A DNA stretch of 64,000 nt, from the NCBI GenBank assembly GCA_963784355.1, contig CAWAQU010000012.1:32001-96000 (forward strand). The letters are read 5' to 3'. Positions 20,244 through 29,986 of this stretch are shown one piece after another. Position 1 is the first letter of the stretch; every line of letters begins with the position of its first letter. The position numbers and the translations under genes were made by a program. The DNA comes from an uncultured bacterium (GTDB taxonomy: Bacteria; Patescibacteriota; JACMRA01). The notes under the pieces are model-generated. The model did not search any database. It was given only the letters and a program-made list of their open reading frames with translations, and had not been told where the DNA came from.

Positions 20244-20805
20244 ATGCCAGAGAAGATATTTGTAATGCCCCGAAAATTAATAAAAGTACGGCTGTGAGAG
20301 AAATTTCACGTAATGCAACATGAAGGAAAATAGTCCAAATAATTATATAGACAAGCATATGAAGTCTGCCCCACCACTTTTTTAGTTTTCTTTTTGCCCA
20401 GGTATTTGAAGTTAGAAACAGAGGAAAGGATAGATATAATGATGCAACTCCAAGTAATTCAAATAGTCTAAGGGTGGTAGGCAAAGTACCTAAAGCCAAG
20501 ATAGGTAAAATAAAGACAAGTAAATAATGTCCTACTGCCAATAAAAACATTAAAATTCCCAATTGAGCTCTGGAATACATTAATAAGCTTTGTACTTTGT
20601 TTAAAATACCGGAAGCTTTAAATCTTCTAAGTACACCTGGAGTACCGGCTAATATAAAAGTAAATGCAGCTAGGTTACCTAAAAGCTTACCAAATTCATA
20701 CTCATCTTTCAAAATAAAAGGAATGAAAATGATCAAAGCAACGCTTAAATAAATCAAAATTTTAACGAAAGATTTGAAATTATCTTTATTCCAAAAGTCA
20801 GGCAT
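20224..20805 (-). CDS. Ferric-reductase-like (MsrQ-type) heme-b membrane protein
   Basis: 'RAQLGILMFLLAVGHY', 'LTSN', 'WGRLHMLVY', 'FLH'; ATG at 20805 preferred over the ORF-track start at 20850. Confidence 0.85.
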   Translation of the reverse strand: MPDFWNKDNFKSFVKILIYLSVALIIFIPFILKDEYEFGKLLGNLAAFTFILAGTPGVLRRFKASGILNKVQSLLMYSRAQLGILMFLLAVGHYLLVFILPILALGTLPTTLRLFELLGVASLYLSFPLFLTSNTWAKRKLKKWWGRLHMLVYIIIWTIFLHVALREISLTAVLLLIFGALQISSLAYAKFNK

Positions 20806-20864
20806 ATGTAAGCTTATTATTATAGCTAATGTTAAGTTAAATCTGAACACTTACTCGATTTATG

Positions 20865-21833
20865 TCAACTGATTAACTCGCCCGGATAATTATCAGATTT
20901 TCTATAACTGCCATCTGAGTAAACTATTAAATACTCAGTCTGTAATGTTGCAGCAATTTCCACATATTGAGTTTCGGGGCAAATAAATAAGCAGGTTGAA
21001 GCTACATCTGCTTGGAGTGTGCTACTAGCATAGGTAAAGACAGCAGCTATTTGATCTATTACTCTACTTTGGTCTAATGGATTGATGAGATGATGATTTT
21101 GTCCAAACTTTCTACGATTACTACTAGAACAAGCCACCGCAGAATTTGCCAGTTCTACACTTCCGATAACTTCCTCAAAATTAAAAGGATTCTCTAACCA
21201 GATTTTCTCTTTTTCCAGTCCAAGTCCGGTGGTAAAAATATCTCCACCACCATTTATAGTATAAAATTTATGACCCTTCTCTATTAAAAATTTACTTAAT
21301 TTATCTACTAACCAACCTTTACCCAGCCCACCTAAATCCAATTTTACTTCATTAGATATTCGAATTTCATTGCATGTTAAATTTAATAAATTTTCGTCGA
21401 GATATTGTGACAAAACTAAATCATCAGGTTTCTTAATAAATAAAGTGCTATTTTCTGGTTTGAACTCTCTAGTTTTTCTTAAATTTTGATCATATTTCTC
21501 ATCATACCCTATGTTTTCCATCAAGTGGCCAATGAAAATGTCAAAGTAACCTCTGGTAAGTTGTTTTATTTGTTGACCATAAATAATCATTTCAACCAGC
21601 TCTATAGGAAAAGAGCCCAGTATTTTTGCTTGGTTTAATCTACCAACTAAACTGTTTGTATTGAATCTAGAATACAACTCTTCAAAATTGAAGATCATGC
21701 GAGAAAGCTCAGATTTTAGTCCACTCCATGCTTTTGGAGTAATAGAGTCGTAGAGGTAGACATGCCAAATGGTTCCTAGGGCCTCTAGCTTAAGTACATG
21801 AGCATTATGACTTGGCTTGTGTCTTGATATCAT
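20865..21833 (-). CDS. apbE: FAD:protein FMN transferase ApbE
   Basis: 'ALGT', 'YSRF', 'LDLGGLGKGW', 'INGGGDI', 'HHLINP', 'ADVAST'. Confidence 0.92.
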   Translation of the reverse strand: MISRHKPSHNAHVLKLEALGTIWHVYLYDSITPKAWSGLKSELSRMIFNFEELYSRFNTNSLVGRLNQAKILGSFPIELVEMIIYGQQIKQLTRGYFDIFIGHLMENIGYDEKYDQNLRKTREFKPENSTLFIKKPDDLVLSQYLDENLLNLTCNEIRISNEVKLDLGGLGKGWLVDKLSKFLIEKGHKFYTINGGGDIFTTGLGLEKEKIWLENPFNFEEVIGSVELANSAVACSSSNRRKFGQNHHLINPLDQSRVIDQIAAVFTYASSTLQADVASTCLFICPETQYVEIAATLQTEYLIVYSDGSYRKSDNYPGELIS

Positions 21834-22347
21834 TTAATGCTGCATTGAATCCTTTGGGTGTGAGAGAGGAGCCATTTAATTTACCAATTTTAACCTCATC
21901 AAGCTTTGTACCTTTAACCTGATTTACAATGTCTTTTCTAAATTTATTTTGGTAAGTAAGTGAGACAGACTCTTCAGCCTTAGGAAAAACTTCTACATTT
22001 TGTACAATGTCATTCTCTAAAACAAGTTTTAAACCAATTTCTTCTGTGCCGGCCGGAGAAGTATAGCTTCCCATTGCGTCGTAAGTGCCATTTTTATAAC
22101 TCAGAGGCTCGGGATTGTTTTTACTAGTGTTTGGATCAATATTTGCTGAACTTGTTGTACTTGCAATAGTAGATGACTGAATTGTGCTTTGTTGTTGGCT
22201 TGTTTCACTTTTAGTTTGGGTTGAATTAGAATTTGAAGGTTTGGCGGAGTTCAAATTAGAATTTAATCCAGTAGCAACTATAAATGCTGCAATCAAGACA
22301 AATAATCCAAGGCTCAAAGAAACAAGTACAGATTTTTTGGGAGACAT
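21805..22347 (-). CDS. Membrane-anchored FMN-binding (flavinylation substrate) protein
   Basis: TM plus S/T linker, 'YKNGTY', 'YTSPAG', 'NGSSLTPKGFNAAL'; overlaps apbE. Confidence 0.8.
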   Translation of the reverse strand: MSPKKSVLVSLSLGLFVLIAAFIVATGLNSNLNSAKPSNSNSTQTKSETSQQQSTIQSSTIASTTSSANIDPNTSKNNPEPLSYKNGTYDAMGSYTSPAGTEEIGLKLVLENDIVQNVEVFPKAEESVSLTYQNKFRKDIVNQVKGTKLDEVKIGKLNGSSLTPKGFNAALNDIKTQAKS

Positions 22348-22368
22348 AAATATATTTTAATAATAAAA

Positions 22369-23457
22369 TTAAGCTTTTATCCATTGATTTTCACCAATAT
22401 TTTGAGCCAAGCCGGATAGTTCAAGTAGACTTAAAATTACTGAAAGTTCATTTGTACTAAAACCTAACTCTCTACTAATATCTTCAATGTTTTGCGGGAT
22501 TAAGTTCAACTTTTGATATACCCTTTCTTCGTCCTTATTGTCAAATACCGGATCCGCTTCGGTATTTATTGTATAGCTATAGGTACTTAAACCAAGTAAT
22601 TGCAGTATATCTTGATATTCAGAAATTATATTAGCACCGTTTTTAATCAACTCCAAGTTGCCGAAATAACTATCTTCCAAAATTGAAGCTGGGGTAGTAG
22701 CTACAGTTTTTCCTAGATCTCTGGCTAGTCCTGACGTGATTAAAGTGCCGGATTTCAAACTGGCTTGCACAATCCAAGTGATTTCACTGAGAGCTGCCAA
22801 AATCCTGTTTCTTCTTGGAAAATTATACACTGTGGCTTTTGTCTGTGGTGGATATTCACTTAATACCAACCCTCCATTTTGGACTATTTGTTTTTTCAAA
22901 GTTAGATTTTGTACAGGGTAAAACACATCATCATTAATCCCGGAACCAATTACTGCGATAGTGGGAGCTTTATTATCTAGCGCAATTTTATGTGACAAAC
23001 CATCTATACCGAGTGCTAAGCCGGAAACTACACCTATCCCAGCCTGACAAGCTGGTTTCAATATCTGGTTCATAACAATCTCAGAATACTTACTATATTT
23101 TCTGGAGCCTACTACTGTGATCATTTCCTGACTTTTTACCAAATCCAAATTACCTTGATAATATAAAACTATTGGTAAATCATCTAAAATATTCAATTTT
23201 TTGGGAAAGGTGTTATCTAAAAAAGTAACAATTTGCATGTCATAATTTTCCAGTTCACTCTGAAATTTAGCTACTTCCAGATGATAGTTTTGATTGCCGG
23301 GCCACCTCTCAAGCCATTTAGGAGAGCCTAATTTTGCAAAATTGTCTTCAACTGCAAAACCCAAATTTTCGTACTGATTAAAAATTTCATTTACTTTGAC
23401 TTTATTTAGATTTACTTTTGTGCAAAGCCAAGCCAATAGCAAAGATTCGGAAAACAT
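22369..23457 (-). CDS. dprA: DNA-processing protein DprA
   Basis: 'VVGSR', 'VSGLALGID', 'FPRRNRI', C-terminal winged helix. Confidence 0.95.
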   Translation of the reverse strand: MFSESLLLAWLCTKVNLNKVKVNEIFNQYENLGFAVEDNFAKLGSPKWLERWPGNQNYHLEVAKFQSELENYDMQIVTFLDNTFPKKLNILDDLPIVLYYQGNLDLVKSQEMITVVGSRKYSKYSEIVMNQILKPACQAGIGVVSGLALGIDGLSHKIALDNKAPTIAVIGSGINDDVFYPVQNLTLKKQIVQNGGLVLSEYPPQTKATVYNFPRRNRILAALSEITWIVQASLKSGTLITSGLARDLGKTVATTPASILEDSYFGNLELIKNGANIISEYQDILQLLGLSTYSYTINTEADPVFDNKDEERVYQKLNLIPQNIEDISRELGFSTNELSVILSLLELSGLAQNIGENQWIKA

Positions 23458-23563
23458 GAGATTAAAATCTCTGAAACAGCTATTTTAGTCAAGGTTTCGG
23501 ATACCATAAACATTTCACAAGAAGAAAATAGACAAAATTCAATAGAAATATAAAAGTTTTTAC

Positions 23564-24376
23564 ATGCTTAAAACTATGGGCAATTTTGAGGAAATCAGGC
23601 TTTTAGCTAATATTTTAGGTATTGATGTAAAAGATGTTTTTGTTAGGCAAACTAAAATTACTAAAAAACAACAAAATGAGTTTGAAAAGAAAAAAGCAAA
23701 ATTGAAAGAGGGCTATCCTTTGGATTATTTACTTAAAAGTACAAAAATTGATGAACTAAACTTAACACTAAACCCGAATGTATTGATACCAAGACCTGAA
23801 ACTGAAGAATGGCTGAAATGGTTTGAAGTAAATTTTACACAAAAAACAGACACCAAAGAAATAATTTTATTAGATATCGGAACCGGGAGTGGTTTGATAG
23901 GGCTTAGTTTAGCAAAATATTTTAAAACTGTGGTACTTACAGATTTTTCTTTAAAAGCACTTAACGTAGCCAAAGAAAATGCTGCTGCTAATAAAATTGA
24001 AAATACGGTTTTCTTGAAATCAAATTTACTATCAAGCAAAAAATTAAAGCCGATTTTTTCTCAAACCTGGATTTTACTCGCTAATCTACCTTATTTACCG
24101 GAAAATACAAGATCCCTAGCCAAGCAAAACAAAGTAAATTATGAACCGGAAATGGCTTTATATTCAGGTAAAGAGGGACTAGATTTGTTTGAAATACTCA
24201 TTGAACAGCTACAAATAATCAATACAGAATACGACAATTTACCTATATTTGCAGGGTTTGAACTTGACCCGGGTAATATCCTAAAAGCTGAGAAAACACT
24301 CCAAAAAATTTATTTAAACACGGAGATAGTGAAAGATTTGAATGGTTTGCCCAGATTTTTGACTGGTAAAATTTGA
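23564..24376 (+). CDS. prmC: Release-factor glutamine methyltransferase HemK/PrmC
   Basis: 'VLIPRPETE', 'LDIGTGSG', 'ANLPY'. Confidence 0.9.
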   Translation: MLKTMGNFEEIRLLANILGIDVKDVFVRQTKITKKQQNEFEKKKAKLKEGYPLDYLLKSTKIDELNLTLNPNVLIPRPETEEWLKWFEVNFTQKTDTKEIILLDIGTGSGLIGLSLAKYFKTVVLTDFSLKALNVAKENAAANKIENTVFLKSNLLSSKKLKPIFSQTWILLANLPYLPENTRSLAKQNKVNYEPEMALYSGKEGLDLFEILIEQLQIINTEYDNLPIFAGFELDPGNILKAEKTLQKIYLNTEIVKDLNGLPRFLTGKI

Positions 24377-24432
24377 CAATATGTGCTAAAATGAATTGAA
24401 GAGTAGGTAATAATCTAAGCTTTACAAGCTAT

Positions 24433-24951
24433 ATGACTCAAGAAGTACAAGAAAGCATAACTAATTTTTTACATTTACTAATAGATCCATTAACTTCAGA
24501 ATTTGAGGTAAAGATTGAGCGGGAAGGGGATCAGTGGAGGGTAAGCTTATTAGTTTCTAATCCTGAAAATGTAATTGGAGAAGAAGGGGAGATATTGCGT
24601 TCAATCCAGCATATTTTAAGAGTTTTAGTTCACAGAAAAAATATAGAAGACCGTAGTCATTTTTTGTTAGATATCAATAACTATCGTAGAGAAAGAGAAG
24701 CCGCGGTTAGTAGTAAAATACCTGAAATAGCTCAAAATGAAGTACTAACTCAAGGAAATACAGTTATCTTAGTTGGTTTATCAGGTTATGAAAGATTGCA
24801 AGTGCACCGCATTTTGGCTGATATTAAAGGCTTAAATACTAGTAGTGTAGGTCCTGAAGATAATCGAAAATTGTTGATTATGCCGACTTCTGAGACTGGC
24901 TCAACTAGTATGGATAAAGCAAAGATTATTAACATCAATCAAATTAAATAA
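24433..24951 (+). CDS. khpB: KH-R3H RNA-binding protein KhpB/Jag, short form
   Basis: 'IGEEGEILRSIQHI', 'LDINNYR', R3H 'ERLQVH'. Confidence 0.8.
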   Translation: MTQEVQESITNFLHLLIDPLTSEFEVKIEREGDQWRVSLLVSNPENVIGEEGEILRSIQHILRVLVHRKNIEDRSHFLLDINNYRREREAAVSSKIPEIAQNEVLTQGNTVILVGLSGYERLQVHRILADIKGLNTSSVGPEDNRKLLIMPTSETGSTSMDKAKIININQIK

Positions 24952-24961
24952 ATTATACATT

Positions 24962-25369
24962 ATGCAGTCAGCTTCCTTTATTGATAAATTAGCTTGGGTT
25001 TATTTGCAAGACAGGAAAATTTTGATTACAAGGTCCAAGGGTAAGGATACTTATTATATTCCCGGTGGCAAGAGAGAAAATGGGGAAACTGATTTGCAAG
25101 CCCTAACAAGAGAAGTAAAGGAAGAGTTAAATGTTGAGTTAGTTCAGGATACTATTAAATTTATGGGCGTTTTTGAAGCCCAGGCTCATGGTAAACCTGA
25201 AGGAACGATCGTCAGAATGACTTGTTATACAGGTGATTATCTTGGTCAACTTTTTGCTAGTTCGGAAATTGAGGAAATTGCTTGGTTCAAAACAGCTGAT
25301 AAAGAAAAAACCTCTCTAGTGGATCACCTTATCTTTGATTTTTTGCATACCAAGGATTTGATTGACTAA
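24962..25369 (+). CDS. NUDIX hydrolase
   Basis: Nudix box 'GGKRENGETDLQALTREVKEEL'. Confidence 0.92.
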   Translation: MQSASFIDKLAWVYLQDRKILITRSKGKDTYYIPGGKRENGETDLQALTREVKEELNVELVQDTIKFMGVFEAQAHGKPEGTIVRMTCYTGDYLGQLFASSEIEEIAWFKTADKEKTSLVDHLIFDFLHTKDLID

Positions 25370-25488
25370 TTAAAATACTCACCACATCTTTTAAATTTGC
25401 ATCATAATAATTGCATTTTCTACTAAGCTGATTTTTTGAGTGAAATAAAAGAATTGACAAATCAGACTAAACCGAAAATCATGCGTAT

Positions 25489-26121
25489 ATGAATCTTGAA
25501 CATATACTTACTAGTATTGGCTATGTAGGCATATTTGCTATTATTTTTGCAGAAAGCGGTCTTTTGATAGGGTTTTTTCTTCCGGGGGATAGCTTGCTTT
25601 TTACAGCAGGGTTTTTGGCATCTAGAGGATTTTTCAATATCCAAATTTTATTGGTAATAATTTTTTTGGCTGCTTGTTTAGGTGATTCAGTAGGGTATGG
25701 TTTTGGTAGAAGAGTGGGTAGAAAATTGTTTAATAAAACCGATTCAGTTTTTTTTCATAAAGAAAATCTTTTAAAAGCAGAAGAATTCTATGAAAAACAT
25801 GGTAAATTAACTATAATTCTGGCTAGATTTTTGCCGGTAGTGCGTACATTTGCTCCAATTGTGGCTGGTATGGGAAAAATGGAATATAGAGTATTTCTAG
25901 CTTACAATTTGGTTGGTGGACTTGTTTGGGGCGTAGGTTTGACAGCTTTGGGGTATTTTTTGGGCAGCAAGATATCTGATATTGATAAGTATTTGTTACC
26001 TATTGTCTTATTTATATTGTTTATTTCAATCGCTCCAAGTGCTTATCATTTACTAAAAGACGAGAATAATCGCCGTCAGATTTTGAACTATTTTAAACAA
26101 TTATTTAAAAATAAAAACTAG
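25489..26121 (+). CDS. DedA/VTT family membrane protein
   Basis: 'FAESGLLIGFFLPGDSLLF', 'ARFLPVVRTFAP'. Confidence 0.93.
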   Translation: MNLEHILTSIGYVGIFAIIFAESGLLIGFFLPGDSLLFTAGFLASRGFFNIQILLVIIFLAACLGDSVGYGFGRRVGRKLFNKTDSVFFHKENLLKAEEFYEKHGKLTIILARFLPVVRTFAPIVAGMGKMEYRVFLAYNLVGGLVWGVGLTALGYFLGSKISDIDKYLLPIVLFILFISIAPSAYHLLKDENNRRQILNYFKQLFKNKN

Positions 26122-26173
26122 TACAAAATTTAGTAGTTTCAATTTTCTACAAACAAAAACTTAATAAAAATAT

Positions 26174-26896
26174 ATGGATGGCAGAGATAAAGTAGTTTTA
26201 CCACAAAAATTTAGATTTTTTAAAACAGTTCAAGTACTTGAGATAAAAACAGTCATAGGATTACTGCTCACTCTGTTTTGGTCTTTTTTGTTTTATAGAC
26301 TTACTAGGGAAGTATGGGAAAAAGAAACACTAAGTTTTGATGTTTCAGTTTCAGAGTATGTTTACAAGTTAAGAACATCTGAGCTAGATGTTTTTTTGAA
26401 ATTCATAACTAATTTTGGGGGGATTTATCTTGTATTTTTTACCATAGCTATCGTGTCAGCCTTGGCAATAAAAAAGCAATATTTAAAGGCTGTGTGGTTT
26501 AGTTTACCTATCGAAATTTCCTTCATAATTAATTTAATTTTAAAACAGGTAGTAGGTAGAAGTAGACCCACAATATCTCAAATAATAACTGAGACGGATT
26601 TTAGCTTTCCCTCAGGGCATAGTTCGGCTTCAGTAATATTTTATTCCATGCTAGTGGCCTTGATATTTAAATTAACAAAGAATCTAACAATCAGAATTTT
26701 ATCAACTTTCTTTTTCGCTATTTTAGTTTTATTAATCTTGTTCAGCAGACTGTATTTAGGTGTGCACTATCTTACCGATATTATTGGAGGTGCAGTGCAA
26801 AGTCTAATTGTAATTTTATTATTTTGGAACATAAGTAGATTTCACAAAAAAAAGCCTTTTGATAGTCCGATTAATAATACTGGAGGCAAAGCCTAA
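26174..26896 (+). CDS. PAP2-family phosphatase (likely undecaprenyl-diphosphatase)
   Basis: 'LKQVVGRSRP', 'SFPSGH', 'SRLYLGVHYLTD'. Confidence 0.9.
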   Translation: MDGRDKVVLPQKFRFFKTVQVLEIKTVIGLLLTLFWSFLFYRLTREVWEKETLSFDVSVSEYVYKLRTSELDVFLKFITNFGGIYLVFFTIAIVSALAIKKQYLKAVWFSLPIEISFIINLILKQVVGRSRPTISQIITETDFSFPSGHSSASVIFYSMLVALIFKLTKNLTIRILSTFFFAILVLLILFSRLYLGVHYLTDIIGGAVQSLIVILLFWNISRFHKKKPFDSPINNTGGKA

Positions 26897-26947
26897 ACTG
26901 ATCAACAATCTAACTTTAATTTGATATTCTCAACTTTATGAGAGCAC

Positions 26948-26971
26948 TTGACAAAATGCAACTTAGTTGCA
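26948..26971 (+). promoter_or_regulatory. -35 box plus 7-1-7 Fur-family (Zur) operator
   Basis: TTGACA at 26948; perfect palindrome TGCAACT-T-AGTTGCA at 26957-26971, just before the zur start. Confidence 0.75.
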
Positions 26972-26981
26972 ATAAAAAAGT

Positions 26982-27386
26982 ATGATTTTTGAAGAGTTGT
27001 TGGCTTTTTTAAAAGCTAAAAATTACAGATCAAGCAAAACTAGAGAGGTTATATTGGCCTATTTAATCAATACAAAGTCACCTGTATCAGTAAGTGAGCT
27101 GTTGGAAATTTTTCAGAACAAGCCAAATAAAACTACTGTGTATAGAGAAATTAATATTTTAATTAGTAACAATATATTGAAGGAATTGGATTTTGGTGAA
27201 GGTAAAAAAAGATACGAACTTAAAGATCACCATCACCATTTAGTTTGTAAAATATGTAAAAAAATTGAATGCATAGCTGTAGAACCAAACTTAAGAGACT
27301 TTCAAAACAATCTAGAAAAGTTAACAAATTTTAAAATAGAAGAGCATTTACTGGAATTTTTTGGATACTGCCAGCTTTGCAGATAA
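26982..27386 (+). CDS. zur: Fur-family regulator, Zur by context
   Basis: 'TTVYR', 'HHHHLVCKIC', 'FFGYCQLC'; heads the Zn ABC operon. Confidence 0.85.
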   Translation: MIFEELLAFLKAKNYRSSKTREVILAYLINTKSPVSVSELLEIFQNKPNKTTVYREINILISNNILKELDFGEGKKRYELKDHHHHLVCKICKKIECIAVEPNLRDFQNNLEKLTNFKIEEHLLEFFGYCQLCR

Positions 27387-27415
27387 TATCAATCTGTTAA
27401 ATTTAGCTTCCCATT

Positions 27416-28390
27416 ATGTTTAAATCAAAATCCAGCCAAGTAATTTTAGCTAATATTGTTTTCATTGTATTTTTAGCAGCGGCTCTTGGCTTTGTCTATC
27501 AAACTTTTAATTCAAAACAGGAAGTTAACTCAAGCAAAAATACAGTTATTGTAACCTCTTATCCGATATATGAATTTACTAAAACAATTGCAGGGGATAA
27601 ATTACAAGTAAGCAGTCTACTTAGTCCGGGTATTGAGCCTCATGAATTTGAGCCGACAGCAAATCAGGTCCAATCTATTTATGACTCAAAATTATTAATA
27701 TTAAACGGAGCGGGTTTTGAATCATGGCTGGAGGAATTGGGTCCGGAGTTGGAGCAAAAAGGTGTGCAAAAACTAAATTTATCTGAGCATATCGATTTAT
27801 TACATTCCGCAGAATCTGTAGATGAGGATGGTCATAATCATAATATCAAAGACGTCGACCATACAGCAGATCCACATTTTTGGCTCGACCCTAGTCTTGT
27901 AGTCAAGCAAATTGACCTAATTTCAGATAAGTTAAGTGAAATATCTCCTGAAAGCAAAATTGAATTTACAGAAAATGGAGAAAAATTTAAGCGTGAATTG
28001 TTGGATTTAGATAAACAATATTCGGAAAATCTAAAAAACTGCAAACAGAAAACAATTATCACAAGTCATAAGGCATTTAATTATTTGGCAAAAAGATATG
28101 ACTTTCAAATAAAATCTATAACCAATTTTTCACCTGAAGTGGAGCCTTCTACTGCTCAACTGAAAGAACTAGCTGATAACGTAAAAGCTAGGGGAATAAA
28201 ATATATTTTTTTTGAATCTTTAGTAAGTCCAGAAATGGCCAATACTTTGGCTTTAGAGACCGGGGCTCAAACACTAGCACTAAATCCTATTGAAAACTTA
28301 ACTCAAGAGGAATTGAAAAATAGTAAAAATTATATGAATTTGATGAAGGATAATCTAAAAAACCTTAAAATTGCAATGGAGTGTGAATAA
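27416..28390 (+). CDS. znuA: Zn/Mn ABC substrate-binding protein
   Basis: 'EPHEFEP', His-rich loop, 'DPHFWLDP', 'SHKAFNY'. Confidence 0.9.
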   Translation: MFKSKSSQVILANIVFIVFLAAALGFVYQTFNSKQEVNSSKNTVIVTSYPIYEFTKTIAGDKLQVSSLLSPGIEPHEFEPTANQVQSIYDSKLLILNGAGFESWLEELGPELEQKGVQKLNLSEHIDLLHSAESVDEDGHNHNIKDVDHTADPHFWLDPSLVVKQIDLISDKLSEISPESKIEFTENGEKFKRELLDLDKQYSENLKNCKQKTIITSHKAFNYLAKRYDFQIKSITNFSPEVEPSTAQLKELADNVKARGIKYIFFESLVSPEMANTLALETGAQTLALNPIENLTQEELKNSKNYMNLMKDNLKNLKIAMECE

Positions 28391-28391
28391 T

Positions 28392-29123
28392 ATGAAAATA
28401 CTTGAAGTAAAACATCTGGATTTTAAATATAATAATCAATTTGTATTAAAAGATGTAAATTTTGAACTTACTGAGGGTGAATACGTAGGAATTCTGGGTC
28501 CAAACGGTGGAGGAAAAAGTACTCTCTTAAAGTTGATTCTAGGGATTTTACCATTACAAAAAGGATTTATAAAAATCCCCGGTGCAAAACTTGGTAACCA
28601 CTCTTTCATCGGGTATGTGCCACAAAAAAGTAGTTGTATTGGCTATGACTTTCCCAGTAAAGTCCACGAATTACTCGACAATAGTCTTGAACCGGGAAAT
28701 AGTTTTATGTTTGACCGCCAAAAACAGGATGCAAAAATACAACAAATCTTGGATGAATTAAAAATAGATCACCTAAAAGATAAATTGCTTGGCGAACTGT
28801 CCGGTGGTGAAAGACAAAAAGTTTTTATTGCTAAAAGTTTAATCAGTAGTCCAAAAATCTTGATTTTAGATGAGCCGACTGCTGCTGTAGATATTGAGTC
28901 CGAAAGTGTATTTTATAACCTGATTAAAAGCCTAAAAAATAAATACAATCTCACAATTATTTTAGTATCTCATGACATAGCTGCAGTATCCAAGGAGGTA
29001 GATAAAGTATTTTTTTTAAATAAAACTATAGAATGTTTTCATTCGGGACAGGAGTTTTTACAGGAAGAGAATTTGGATAGACTTTATGGAAATTTTAGAC
29101 AATTAATTAACCATCATCACTAG
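28392..29123 (+). CDS. znuC: Zn ABC ATPase
   Basis: 'GPNGGGKS', 'LSGGERQ', 'ILDEP', C-terminal HHH. Confidence 0.9.
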   Translation: MKILEVKHLDFKYNNQFVLKDVNFELTEGEYVGILGPNGGGKSTLLKLILGILPLQKGFIKIPGAKLGNHSFIGYVPQKSSCIGYDFPSKVHELLDNSLEPGNSFMFDRQKQDAKIQQILDELKIDHLKDKLLGELSGGERQKVFIAKSLISSPKILILDEPTAAVDIESESVFYNLIKSLKNKYNLTIILVSHDIAAVSKEVDKVFFLNKTIECFHSGQEFLQEENLDRLYGNFRQLINHHH

Positions 29124-29126
29124 AAT

Positions 29127-29933
29127 ATGTTTGAAATTTTAGGTTACGAATTTTTTCAGAGAGCCTTAATTGGAGGTACTTTAGTGGCTATTGTAGCACC
29201 TATCATAGGGCTTTTTTTGGTTGTAAGGCGATTGCCGGCTTTGGCTGATACCTTGTCGCATGTTTCTTTACTTGGAATTTCCATTGCTAGTCTATTTAGA
29301 TTTAGTGAGGTTTATGTTGCCAGTTTGGCTTCAGTAACAGCGGGAATTGGAATAGAGTATCTTAGAAGTAATAAAAAGATCTATGGAGAATCAGTTCTAG
29401 TTCTATTTTTATCCGGAAGCTTGGGAATCAGCGCAGTTTTGCTTAGCTTATCAAAAAATGCAGGGGCAAATTTAAACAGGGTGCTATTTGGCAGTATAAA
29501 TTCAATCACTTGGAATGAATTATATTTATCATTTATTGTAGCTTTGATTACAATTTCAGCTTTTGCAATTTTTAGAAAAAAGTTTTATTTAATAGCACTG
29601 GATGAGGAGCTGGCAATTAGTCAAGGATTGAAAGTTAAACAACTTAATTATCTATTGGTGATATTGTCAGCCCTAGTAGTTTCGGTATCTATTCAAATTA
29701 CCGGAGTACTGCTTACAGGGGCGATTATGATTTTACCCGTACTTACCGCGTTGCAGTATAGATTAAGCTTTAAATCAACTCTGATATATGGTATTGTTTT
29801 TGCTTTGCTATCTATTTGGTTGGGTTTATTTCTGTCTTATTTCTTAGATTTATCTACCGGAGGAGTAATTGTAATAGTAAATTTGCTATTTTTTATTGTA
29901 GCTCTGATTACAAAAAATCTTCTTAAAAATTGA
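29127..29933 (+). CDS. znuB: Zn ABC permease
   Basis: 'ADTLSHVSL', 'LFGSI', 'DEELA'. Confidence 0.9.
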   Translation: MFEILGYEFFQRALIGGTLVAIVAPIIGLFLVVRRLPALADTLSHVSLLGISIASLFRFSEVYVASLASVTAGIGIEYLRSNKKIYGESVLVLFLSGSLGISAVLLSLSKNAGANLNRVLFGSINSITWNELYLSFIVALITISAFAIFRKKFYLIALDEELAISQGLKVKQLNYLLVILSALVVSVSIQITGVLLTGAIMILPVLTALQYRLSFKSTLIYGIVFALLSIWLGLFLSYFLDLSTGGVIVIVNLLFFIVALITKNLLKN

Positions 29934-29986
29934 TGTCTGTAGCTCAGCTTATTGACTATTTCAAAAAAATTAAAACAAGTTAAATT

